Positions 26,600 to 38,154 are shown, counted from the first letter of the stretch. The stretch: DNA of 64,000 bases from Squalus acanthias (GCA_030390025.1 JASTWF010000346.1:372001-436000), one strand, 5' to 3'. Made by a program: numbers and translations. The notes: a model not told the origin generated them from the letters alone.

Positions 26600-29490
26600 T
26601 TGTAGTAGGTGCTTGAGGTCGTAGGTCTGGGTGGTGCTGCCGAAGAAGCCTTGGCAACTTGCTGTAGACAGTACACACTGCAGCCATGGTATGCCAGTAG
26701 TGGAGGATGTGGATGTGTAAGCTGGTAGATGGGGTACCCATCAAGCAGACTGTTTTGTCCAGGATGGTGTCAAGCTTCTCGAGTGTTGTAGTTCTACCCA
26801 TCCAGGCAAGTGGAACGTATTCCATCACACTCTTGTCTTGTGGACAGAGAAGGCTTTGGGGAGTCAGGAGGTGAGCCACACTCCACAGAATACCCAGCCT
26901 TTGACCTGTACCCACGGTATTTATGTGGCTGCTCCAGTTAAGTTTCTGGTCAATGGTGACCCCCCAGGATATTGATGGTGGGGGATTTGGTGATGAAATT
27001 TTGTTTTAAATTCATTCTCGGGATATGGACATTGCTTGCAAGTCCAGCATTTATTGCCCATCCCTAGTTGCCCTTGAGAAGGTAATGTCATTGAATGTCA
27101 AGGGGAGGTCGTTAGGCTCTCTCTCTTTGTAGATGGTCATTACCCGGCACTTGTGTGGCATGAATTTTAATTGCCACTTAGCCTAAACCTGGAGGTTGTC
27201 CAGATTTTGCTGCATGTGGGGATGGACTGCTTTATTATCTGAGGAATTGCAAATGTAGCTGAATACTATGCAGACATCAGTGAAAAGCCCCACTTCTGAC
27301 CTTGTGATGGAGGGAAGGTCATTGATGAACAAGCTGAAGATGGTTGGACCTAGGACACTGCCCTGAGGAACTCCTGCAGCAATGTCCTGGGGCTGAGATG
27401 ATTGGCCTCCAATCACAAACACCTTCCTTTGTGCCAACCATCTTCAGCTGCTTCATCAATGACCTTTGTTCCATCATAAGGTCAGAAGTGGGGATGTTCG
27501 CTGATGATTGCACAGTGTTGAGTTCATTTCACAACTCCTCAGATAATGAAGCAGTCCATGCCCGAATGCAGCAAGACCTGGATGACATTCTGGCTTGGGC
27601 TGATAAGTGGCAAGTAACATTCGCGCCACAAAAGTGGCAGGCAATGATTGTCTCCAACAACCGAGAGTCTAACCACCGCCCCTTGACATTCAACAACATT
27701 ACCATCGCTGAATCTCCCACCATCAACATCCTGGGGGTCACTATTGACCAGAAACTTAACTGGACCAGCCACATAAATACTGTGGCTACAAGAGCAGGTC
27801 AGAGGCTGGGTATTCTCCAGCAAGTGTCTCACCTCCTGACTCCCCAAAGCCTTTCCGCCATCTACAAGGCACAAGTTAGGCGTGTGATGGAATACTCTCC
27901 ACTTGTCTGGATGAGTGCAGCTCCAACAACACTCAAGAAGCTCGCCACCATCCAGGACAAAGCAGCCTGCTTGATTGGCACCCCATCCACCACCTTAAGT
28001 ATTCACTCCCTGCACCACCGGCGCACCGTGGCTGCAGTGTGTACCATCTACAAGATGCACTGCAGTAACTCGCCAAGGCTTCTTCGGCAGCATCTCCCAA
28101 ACCTGCGACCTCAATCACCTAGAAGGACAAGGGTAGCAGGCGCATGGGAACACCATCACCTGCAAGTTCCCCTCCAAGTTTCACACCATCTTGACTTGGA
28201 AATATATCGCCGTTCCTTCATCGTCGCTGGGTCAAAATCCTGGAACTCCCTCCCTAACAGCACTGTGGGAGTACCTTCACCACAAGGACTGGAGTGGTTT
28301 AAGAAGGCGGCTCACCACCACCTTCTCAAGCGCAATTCGGGATGGACAATAAATGCTGGCCTTGCTAGCGACGCCCACATCCCAGGAACGAATTTAAAAA
28401 AAAGTAAAGACTCCAGCCAGTGGAGAGTTTTCCCCCCGATCCCCATTTACTTTAGTGCTCTTTGGTGCCACACTGGGTCGAATACTACCTTGATGTCGAG
28501 GGCAGTCACTCTCAGCTTACCTCTGGAGTTCAGCTCTTGTGTCCACGTTTGGACCAAGGCTGTAATGAGGTTTGGAGCGGAGTGGTGCTGGTGGAACTCA
28601 AACTAAGCATCGGTTAGCATTGGTGAGTACGTGTCACTTGATCGCACTGTTGACGACTCCTTTCATCGCTTTGCTGATGATTGAGAGTAGGCTGATAGGG
28701 CAGTAATTGGCTGGATTGGTTTTTGACCTGCAGTTTGTGGACAACACATACCTGTGTAATTTTCCATTGTTGGGCAGAAGCCAGTGTTGTAGTTGTATTG
28801 GAACAGCTTGGTTACAGGCGTGGATAGTTCTGGATTACAGGCCATCGGCACTACAGCCGGGATGTTGTCAGTACCCACAGCCTTTGCATTGTCCAGTGCA
28901 CTCAGCTATTTCTTGATATCACGTGGAGTGAATCAAATTGGTTGAAAACTGGCATCTGTGATTGTGGTGACCTCAGGAGGAGGCCAAGATGGATCATCCA
29001 CTCGGCACTTCTGCTGAAGATGGTTGCGAATGCTTCAACCTTGACTTTGGCACTCGCGTGCTGGGCTCCACCATCGTTTAGGATGGGGATGTTCATGGAG
29101 CCTCCTCCTCCCATTAGTTGCTTAATTGCCCACCACCATTTGCAACTGCATGTGGCAGGACTGCAGAGCTTTGACCTGATCCATTGGTTGTGGGATCACT
29201 CAGCTCTGTCTATAGCATGCTGTTTCCACTGTTTAGCATGCATGTAGCCCTGTGTTTTGGCTTTACCAGGTTGGCAGCTCATTTTCAAGTATGCTTGTTG
29301 TTGCTCCTGGCATGTTCTTCTACACTCCTCATTGAACCAGGGTTGATTATGTGACTTGATGGTGATGGAGGAGTGAGTGATATTCCAGGTTACAGATTGT
29401 GGTGGAATACAATTCTGCTGCTGATGGCCCACAGCACCGAATGAATGCTCAGTTTTGAGCTGCTACATCTGTTCTGAATCATTTAGCACG
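26600..29490 (-). mobile_element. Older copy of the tRNA-headed LINE family, interrupted by an inverted same-family copy (27432-28403) and a short same-family tail (~26997-27083)
   Basis: Minus ORFs 26562-26915, 27183-27437, 28663-29432 resemble the 19356-21755 copy. Confidence 0.8.
27432..28403 (+). mobile_element. 5'-truncated copy of the tRNA-headed LINE family
   Basis: Open frame PTIFSCFINDL...MFADD...WNSLP; tail aataaatgctggccttgctagcgacgcccacatccc plus A-run. Confidence 0.9.
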
Positions 29491-29708
29491 ATGGAGGATG
29501 TCTGTGTATGTGGGAAGAAATTATGGGCTAGATTGTCAACTTTCACGTCTGGGTGGTAATCTGGCACAGCTGATTGCCCATCCTTTATAGATCCCGCCTG
29601 ATTTTAATTCCATTGATTTCTTATTTACATCTCTTCCCTGGTTAGAGTCCCCTCCAGCCCGCCCCAAGGCTCCAGGCTTGACCCTCTCCAATTCCTCATA
29701 GGGAACGG

Positions 29709-29784
29709 TAGCGTAGTGGTAATGTCACTGGGTTAGTAATCCAGAGGCCTGGACTAATGATCCAGAGACGTGAGTTCAAATCTC
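29709..29784 (+). promoter_or_regulatory. Pol III type 2 internal promoter (A and B boxes) in a tRNA-like head
   Basis: TAGCGTAGTGG fits the A-box consensus; GAGTTCAAATC is B-box-like; anticodon-like stem ctggg/tccag between them, with a long variable region. Confidence 0.65.
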
Positions 29785-31324
29785 ACCACGGCACCTGGGG
29801 AATTTAAATTCAGTAAATGAAATAAATCTGGAATAATTACTAGTATCAGTAATGAAACTATCGGATTGTCGTAAAAACCCATCTGGTTCCCCTAATGTCC
29901 TTTAGAGAAGGAAATCTGCCGTCCTTACCTGGCCTATATGTGACTCCAGACCCACAGCAATGTGGTTGACTTGTAACTGCCCTCTGAAATGGCCTAGCAA
30001 ACCGCTACAAAACACAATAATAAGAATGAAACCGGACGGACCACTCGGCATCAGCTATGGACACGGCAACGGCACACCCAGCCCAGTCCTCCTCACCAAC
30101 ATCTGGAGACTTGTGCCAAAATTGGGAGAGCTGTCCTACAGACTAGTCAAGCAACAGCCTGACATATTATCGTCACAGAATCATACCTTCTCAGCCAATG
30201 TCCCAAACTCCTCCAGCACCAGGACAAGCCCACCAGGGGTGGCGGCACAGTGGTATACCGTCGGGAAGGAGTGGCCGTGGGAGTCCTCAACATTGACTCC
30301 GGACCCCATGATGTCTCATGGCTCCAGGTCAAGCATGGAAACCTCCTGCTGATTACCACCTACCGCCCTCCCTCAGCTGATGAATCAGTTGAGCAGCACT
30401 GAGAATGTACTCTGGGTGGGGGACTTCAATGTCCATCACCAAGGGTGGCTTGGTAGCACCACTACTGGCCGAGTCCTGAAGGACATAACTGCCAATCTGG
30501 GCCTGCGACAGGTGGTGAGAGAACCAACACGAGGGAAAAGCCTACTTGACCTCGTTCTCACAAACCTACCTGTCGCAGATGCATCTGTCCATGACAGTAT
30601 TGGTAGCAGTGACCACCGCACAGTCATTGTGGACCCGAAGTTCCAACTTCACACTGAGGACACCCTCCATCGTGTTGTGTAGCACTGCCACTGTTGCAAT
30701 TGAATTAGATTCAGAACAGATCTAGCAGCTCAAAACTGGGCATCCATGAGGCACTGTGGGCAATCAGCAGAATTGTATTCCACCACAATCATGGCCCGGC
30801 ATATCCCTCACTCTGCCATTATCATCCAGCTAGGGGACCAACCCTGGTTCAATGAGGAGTGTAGAAGAGCATGCCAGGAGCAGCACCAGGCGTACCTAAA
30901 AATGAGGTGCCAAATAAAAAGCAGAAGCAGCATGCTATCAACAGGGCTAAGCGATCCCACAATCAACAGATCAGATCAAATCTCCGCAGTCCTGCCACAT
31001 CTAGTCGTGAATGGTTGTGGACCATTAAAAAACTCCATGAATATCCCCATCCTCAATGATGGTGGAGCCCAGCACGTGAGTGCAAAAGACAAGGCTGAAG
31101 CGTTTGCAACCATCTTCAGCGAGAAGTGCCGAGTGGATGATCTATATCGGCCTACTCCTGAGGTCCCCACCATCACAGAAGCCAGTCTTCAGCCAATTCG
31201 ATTCACTCCACGTGATATCAAGAAACAGCTGTGCGCACTGGATACAGCAAAGGCTATGGGCCCCGACAACATCCCGGCTATCATGCTGAAGACTTGTGCT
31301 CCAGAACTAGCTGCGCCTCTAGCC

Positions 31325-32325
31325 TCACGGCGGCAGTGCCACACAACACGATGGAGGGTGTCCTCAGTGTGAAGACGGAACTTCGTCTCCACAATGACTG
31401 TGCGGTGGTCACTGCTACCAATACTGTCATGGACAGATGCATCTGCGAGGAGGATGCCGAGAAACTCCAGGATGATTTGGACAGGTTGGGTGAGTGGGCA
31501 GAAGCGTGGCAGATGCAATATAACGTGGATAAATGCGAGGTTATCCACTTTGGTGTCAAAAACAGAAAGGCAGACTATTATCTGAATGGCAATAGATTGG
31601 GAGAAGGGGAAGTGCAACGAGACCTGGGTGTCCTTGTGCACCAGTCGCTGAAGGTAAGCATGCAGGTGAAGAAGGCAAATGGTATGTTGGCCTTCATAGC
31701 GAAAGGGTTTGAGTATAGGAACAGGGATGTCCTGCTGCAGTTGTACAGGGCCTTGGTGAGACCACACCTTGACTACTGTGTGCAGTTTTGGTCGCCTTAT
31801 CTGAGGAAGGATGTTCTTGTCATGGAGGGAGTTCAGCGAAGATTCACAAGGCTGATACCTGGGATGGCAGGAATGACATATGAGGAGAGATTGGGTTGAT
31901 TGGACTTATACTCGCTGGAGTATAGAAGAATGAGAGGGGATCTCATCGAAACATATAAAATTCTGACAGGTCTGGACAAACTAGATGCAGGAAGAATGTT
32001 CCCGATGGTCGGAGAGTCCAGAACCAGGGGTCATAATCTAAGGATAAGGGGTAAGCCATTTAGGACAGAAATGAGGAGGAATTTCTTCACCCAGAGAGTG
32101 GTGTACCTGTGGAATTCTCTACCACAGAAGGTAGTTGAGGCCAAGTCATTAAATCTATTCAAGAATGAGTTAGATATATTTCTTAAAGCTAAAGGTATCA
32201 AGGGATATGGGGAGAAGGCAGGTACAGGGTACTGAGTTTGGATGATCAGCCATGATCTCATTGAATGGCGGGGCAGGCTCGAGGGGCCGAATGGCCTACT
32301 CCTGCTCCTATCTTCTATGTCTATG
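31325..32325 (+). mobile_element. CR1 3' part (~31446-32325) with ~120 bp of inverted host-LINE sequence at its 5' end
   Basis: 7-bp TSD tctagcc at 31318-31324 and 32326-32332; CR1 ORFs to 32235. Confidence 0.88.
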
Positions 32326-34249
32326 TCTAGCCAAGCTGTTCCAGTACAACTACAACACTGGCATCTATCCGACAATGTGGAAAACTGCCCAGGTATATCC
32401 TGTCCACAATAAGCAGGACAAGTCCAACCCGGCCAATTACCGCCCCATCAGTCTACTCTCAATCATCAGCAAAGTGAAGGAAGGTGTCATCAACAGTGCT
32501 ATCAAGCGGCACTTACTCACCAATAACATGCTCACTGATGCCCAGTTTGGGGTCGGCTCCCGACCTCGTTACAGCCTTGATCCAAACATGGACAAAGAAG
32601 CAGAATTCCAGAGGTGATGTGAGAGTGACTGCCCTTGACATCAAGGCAGCATTTGACCAAGTGTGGCATCAAGGAGCCCTAGTAAAACTGAAGTCAATGG
32701 GAATCAGGGGAAAAACACTTGAGTCATACCTACCACAAAGGAAGATGGTTGTGGTGGTTGAAGGTCAATCATCACAGCCCCAGGACATCGCTGCAGGAGT
32801 TCCTCAGGCAGTGTCCTAGCTATCGTATTAGTGTCCTAGGCCCACCATCTTCAGCTGCTTCATCAATGACCTTCCCTCCAACATATGGTCAGAAATGGGG
32901 ATGTTTGCTGATGACTGCACAGTGTTCAGCGCCATTCACAACTCCTCAGATAATGAAGCAGTCCATGCCCGCTTGCAACAAAACCTGGACGACATTCAGG
33001 CTTGGGCTGATAAGTGGCAGGTAACATTCGCACCACAGAAGTGCCAGGCAATGACTATCTCCAACAAGCGAGAGTCTAACCACCTCCCCTTGACATTCAA
33101 CCGCATTACCATCGCCAAATCCCCCACCATCAACATTCTGGGAGTCACCATTGAAAGGAAACTTAACTGGACCAGCCACATAATACTGTGGCTACAAGAG
33201 CAGGTCAGAGGCTGGGTATTCTGCGACGAGTGTCTCACCTCCTGACTCCCCAAAGCCTTTCCACCATCTACAAGGCACAAGTCAGAAGTGTGATGGAATA
33301 CTCTCCACTTGCCTGGATGAGTGTAGCTCCAACAACACTCAAGAAGCTCAACACCAACCAGGACAAAGCAGCCCGCTTGATTGGCACCCCATCCACCACC
33401 TTAAAACATTCACTCTCTCCACCACCGGCTTACCATGGCTGCAGTGTGTACCATCTACAAGATGCACTGCAGCAACTCGCCAAGGCTTCTCCGGCAGCAC
33501 CTCCCAAACCCGGGACCTCTTCCACCTAGAAGGGCAAGGGAAGCAGGCACATGGGAACACCACCACCTCCAAGTTGCACACCATCCTGACTTGGAAATAT
33601 ATCGCCGATCCTTCATCATCGCTGGGTTAAAATCCTGGAACTCCCTCCCTAACAGCACTGTGGGAGAACCTTCAACACACGGACTGCAGCGGTTCAAGAA
33701 GGTGGCTCACCACCACCTTCTCAAGGGCAACGAGGGATGGGCAATAAATGCTTGCCTTGCCAGTGACGCCCACATCCCATAAACGAATAAAAGAAACATG
33801 CAGCCCCTTGGTGACATCATATGCAAGCACAAGCTCAGTTTCTCCATGTGTGTGTGGATGATGCCCAGCTTTACCGCTTTAGCCTTTCCAACATCAAGTC
33901 GCAGATAATTTTCTCCAGCTTAACATCAGCAACACTGAGGCCACATTGTTCACCTTCAACTAGAAATTGGAACTCCTGAGATTTTTAAAATTTGTTCTGA
34001 GGATACGGGCAATGTTGATGAGGCCACATTTGTTGTCCATCCCTAGTTGCCTTGAGGAAATTAAGAGTTAACCACGTAGTGTGGACTGTAGTGTTACAGC
34101 CCCATCTCCTGCCCGACCCCAGAGATTGGGAGCGGAAATCTCCAACAATTCACAGAAAATGGAGCAAATGGGAAACTGGGATCAGGCCCGCGGGGAGCAG
34201 GAATCCCGCAGCTCCCGCTGTGTTCAATGGTTTTATTTAATGTGGAATT

Positions 34250-34760
34250 CCCGAGTCCCCCCGATCCCCGGGGAGTCTCTCCCCCGATCCCCAGTTAGTC
34301 TCTCTGATCCCCGGCCAGTCTCCCCCGATCCCCGGCGAGTCTCTCTGATCCCCGGCCAGTCTCCCCGATCCCCGGCGAGTCTCTCTGATCCCCGGCCAGT
34401 CTCCCCGATCCCCGGCGAGTCTCTCTGATCCCCGGCCAGTCTCCCCCGATCCCCGGCGAGTCTCTCTGATCCCCGGCCAGTCTCCCCCGATCCCCGGCGA
34501 GTCTCTCTGATCCCCGGCCAGTCTCCCCCGATCCCCGGCCAGTCTCCCCCCGATCCCCGGCCAGTCTCCCCCGATCCCCGGCCAGTCTCCCCCGATCCCC
34601 GGCGAGTCTCTCTGATCCCCGGCCAGTCTCCCCCGATCCCCGGCCAGTCTCCCCCCGATCCCCGGCCAGTCTCCCCCGATCCCCGGCGAGTCTCTCTGAT
34701 CCCCGGCCAGTCTCCCCCCGATCCCGGGCGAGTCTCTCTCTGATCCCGGGTGAGTCTCTC
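34250..34760. repeat. GC/CpG-rich minisatellite, ~19-21-bp units (ccccggccagtctcccccgat / ccccggcgagtctctctgat)
   Basis: Visible tandem periodicity; ends ~23 nt upstream of the B30.2 acceptor. Confidence 0.95.
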
Positions 34761-34783
34761 TAATTCTCTGCTTTTTCTCCCAG

Positions 34784-35328
34784 TCTCTGTGACCCTGGAT
34801 GTGGAAACAGCGAATCGACGGCTCGAGGTGTCTGAGGATCTGAAGAGTGTGAGATGGACCTGGACCTGGACCTGGACCTGGAGGAATCTCCCTGACACCG
34901 AGAAGAGGTTTACACACTGGGCCTGTGTGCTGGGATCGGAGGGATTCACATCGGGGAGACATTACTGGGAGGTGGAGGTGGCGGGGAATCGGTTCTGGAG
35001 ACTGGGAGTAGCCGCAGAGTCTGTGGAGAGGAAGGGATACGTCACAATGATCCCGGAGACTGGAGTCTGGACCATCGCGCGGGATTATGATGATTTTTAT
35101 GTAAACTCCTCCCCTCGATCCCGTCTCCCCGCCGGTCAGATCACCGGGAAGGTGGGAGTTTATCTCAGTTATGAGTCCGGGACAGTTTCATTTTTCAGCG
35201 CGGACACCAAGTCCCATCTCCACACCTTCACTGGGAATAAATTCACGGGGAAACTTTATCCTTATTTCTATACTTGGAATGAAAACAAGTGTCTGAGAAT
35301 CTGCTCCGGCTCCCATCCGGGTCTGTAA
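34784..35328 (+). CDS. Terminal PRY-SPRY (B30.2) exon
   Basis: ctttttctcccag| acceptor, phase 1; VSVTLDVETAN..LEVSEDLKSV, CVLGSEGFTSGRHYWEVEV, KVGVYLSYESGTVSFF, KLYPYF; TAA ends at 35328. Confidence 0.93.
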
Positions 35329-35506
35329 AAGGGGCGGGGCCTCGGGCCCTACGCGTCATCCATGACATCACAATGACTTGACCCCGCGCCATTCGGGTCA
35401 GGGTCAGGGGTCAGGTGTTAGAAAATGTAATTTCCAAATTATTCATTGTAAAATCCCAATGAGACTGTAAATGAAACCAATACAAATATAAATTACAGAA
35501 AACTAA

Positions 35507-35512
35507 AATAAA
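35507..35512 (+). promoter_or_regulatory. Candidate polyadenylation signal of the butyrophilin-like gene
   Basis: AATAAA ~180 nt after the stop, followed by a T/GT-rich stretch. Confidence 0.55.
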
Positions 35513-35994
35513 AAGTAAATTCAATACCTTGTGTCTCTCCTTCCATCATTTGCTCCCTGCTTCAGTCAGTCAAACTACCCAGTGCCGCCTCCATCTCTTC
35601 ACCTGTTTCCCAATCTGACCTGTGATTTCCTCTGTTGGCATTTCTCACTCTGCACCCAGAACATGAAAGCCTGAGGGGGAAATCCAAATATTGAAGGGAG
35701 AAAATAGTGCGTTTCTAGGGATTTCAGGGATATAGTCATTGTAATATTTACATTAAATATTACCTTTTTTTGTTTCATTTTAAGCAGTTTTAGTTATATT
35801 AGATTGTCAATCTTAAAAAAGGAATTAAAAAAGTGACATTTGTATTTTCAACATGGCAACCAATTCATCAATTCCTCAAAAGTTACCACCAGTCACCGTC
35901 CCACACCCAACTCCCACCATCCAAATTCACAAAGGAACGCTGGCCCCTCCAGACCCAGTTCAGAGATATTCCAACACTTCCACCTAATTCCCCA

Positions 35995-37768
35995 CACTTT
36001 CACAGACACTGCACCCCATCTAACTCCCCATCCTTCAACACAGACACTGTACCCCATCCAACTCGCCACCCTTTCACACAGACACTGTACCCCATCCAAC
36101 TCCCCATCCTTTCACACAGATACTGCACCCCATCCAACTCCCCATCCTTTCACATAGACACTGCACCCCATACAACCCCCCACCCTTTCACACAGACACT
36201 GCACCCCATACAAGCCCCCACACTTTCACAGACACTGTATCCCATCCAACTCCCCACCCTTTCACACAGACACTGTATCCCATCCGACAACACAGACACT
36301 ACCCCATCCAACTCCCCACCCTTTCACACAGACACTGTATCCCATCCAACTCCCCACCCTTTCACACAGACACTGTACCCCATCCAACTCCCCACCCTTT
36401 CACACAGACACTGTACCCCATCTAACTCCCCACCCTTTCACACAGACACTGTACCCCATCCAACTCCCAACCCTTTCACACAGACACTGTACCCCATCCA
36501 ACTCCCCATCCTTCAACACAGACACTGCACCCCATCCAACTCCCCACCCTTTCACACAGACACTACCCCATCCAACTCCCCATCCTTTCACACAGACACT
36601 GTATCCCATCCAACTCCCCATCCTTTCACACAGACACTGTACCCCATCCAACTCCCCATCCTTTCACACAGATACTGCACCCCATCCAACTCCCCATCCT
36701 TTCACATAGACACTGCACCCCATACAACCCCCCACCCTTTCACACAGACACTGCACCCCATACAAGCCCCCACACTTTCACAGACACTGTATCCCATCCA
36801 ACTCCCCACCCTTTCACACAGACACTGTATCCCATCCGACAACACAGACACTACCCCATCCAACTCCCCACCCTTTCACACAGACACTGTATCCCATCCA
36901 ACTCCCCACCCTTTCACACAGACACTGTACCCCATCCAACTCCCCATCCTTTCACATAGACACTGCACCCCATACAACCCCCCACCCTTTCACACAGACA
37001 CTGCACCCCATACAAGCCCCCACACTTTCACAGACACTGTATCCCATCCAACTCCCCACCCTTTCACACAGACACTGTATCCCATCCGACAACACAGACA
37101 CTACCCCATCCAAATCCCCACCCTTTCACACAGACACTGTATCCCATCCAACTCCCCACCCTTTCACACAGACACTGTACCCCATCCAACTCCCCACCCT
37201 TTCACACAGACACTGTACCCCATCTAACTCCCCACCCTTTCACACAGACACTGTACCCCATCCAACTCCCCATCCTTCAACACAGACACTGCACCCCATC
37301 CAACTCCCCACCCTTTCACACAGACACTACCCCATCCAACTCCCCATCCTTTCACACAGACACTGTATCCCATCCAACTCCCCATCCTTTCACACAGACA
37401 CTGTACCCCATCCAACTCCCCACCCTTTCACACAGACACTGTACCCCATCCAACTCCCCACCCTTTCACACAGACACTGTACCCCATCCAACTCCCCATC
37501 CTTTCACACAGACACTACCCCATCCAACTCCCCACCTTTTCACACAGACACTGTATCCCATCCAACTCCCCATCCTTTCACACAGACACTGTACCCCATC
37601 CAACTCCCCATCCTTTCACACAGACACTGTACCCCATCCAACTCCCCACCCTTTCACACAGACACTGCACCCCATCCAACTCCCCACCCTTTCACACAGA
37701 CACTGTACCCCATCCAACTCCCCACCCTTTCACACAGACACTGCACCCCATCCAACTCCCCATCCTTT
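35995..37768. repeat. 38-bp minisatellite (cacagacactgtaccccatccaactccccaccctttca)
   Basis: Tandem units visible, with recurring variant units. Confidence 0.95.
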
Positions 37769-38154
37769 AATGGTGGGTGGGCTGGAATTTCACATGGGAC
37801 TTGGCTTTACTGGATATTTTGAAGTGGGGAAGGGCACTCTCCCACTCCAAGCAGCCATGACTGGAAGGGGTGGGAGTGGGGTGATGCAGTCACCCATCAG
37901 AAATCCTGACAGTTCCACCTCGCCCCCAGTGCAAACTGCTCCTCCATAATGCTAGGTGTTCCAGTGCACCTGTGTACGAAGACCAGCTCCAAGGTGCAAA
38001 TGGAGCCCATATGTGCAGCAAATTTTGCAGAGTGATCAATAGCTGCTGGGAAAGGAACAATTTTAAATCTCACTGTTTTTCCAATTTTGACCCATTTCCG
38101 TCAAAATGCCACCACTCCCTCCCCCTACCCCGAAACTTTGCAGCAAAACTGGGA

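Larger units (their letters stand above)
29701..33797 (+). mobile_element. Full-length-type CR1-group LINE with tRNA-derived, LF-SINE-like 5' end and a single decayed EN-RT frame; interrupted at 31325-32325
   Basis: A box 29709-29719, B box 29772-29782; EN motifs TNIW, PDI, TYRPP, VGDFNVHH, LDLVLTN, SDH; RT motifs ALDIKAAFD, GVPQ, MFADD, LGVT; tail caagggcaacgagggatgggcaataaatgcttgccttgccagtgacgcccacatccc. Confidence 0.85.

Noticed and set aside
27344..28606. 420-aa ORF as a host gene
   Set aside because: RT C-terminal part of a truncated LINE with chance read-through into flanking antisense LINE sequence
29701..29790. Functional tRNA gene
   Set aside because: Acceptor stem does not pair well and no T-run terminator follows; it is a retroelement head
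34750..34783. Single-exon B30.2 gene starting at the GTG in the ORF track
   Set aside because: The stretch is a polypyrimidine tract plus AG acceptor whose phase matches the upstream micro-exon
34233..34962. Minus-strand 238 and 241 aa ORFs
   Set aside because: Antisense readings of the GC-rich VNTR and the B30.2 exon
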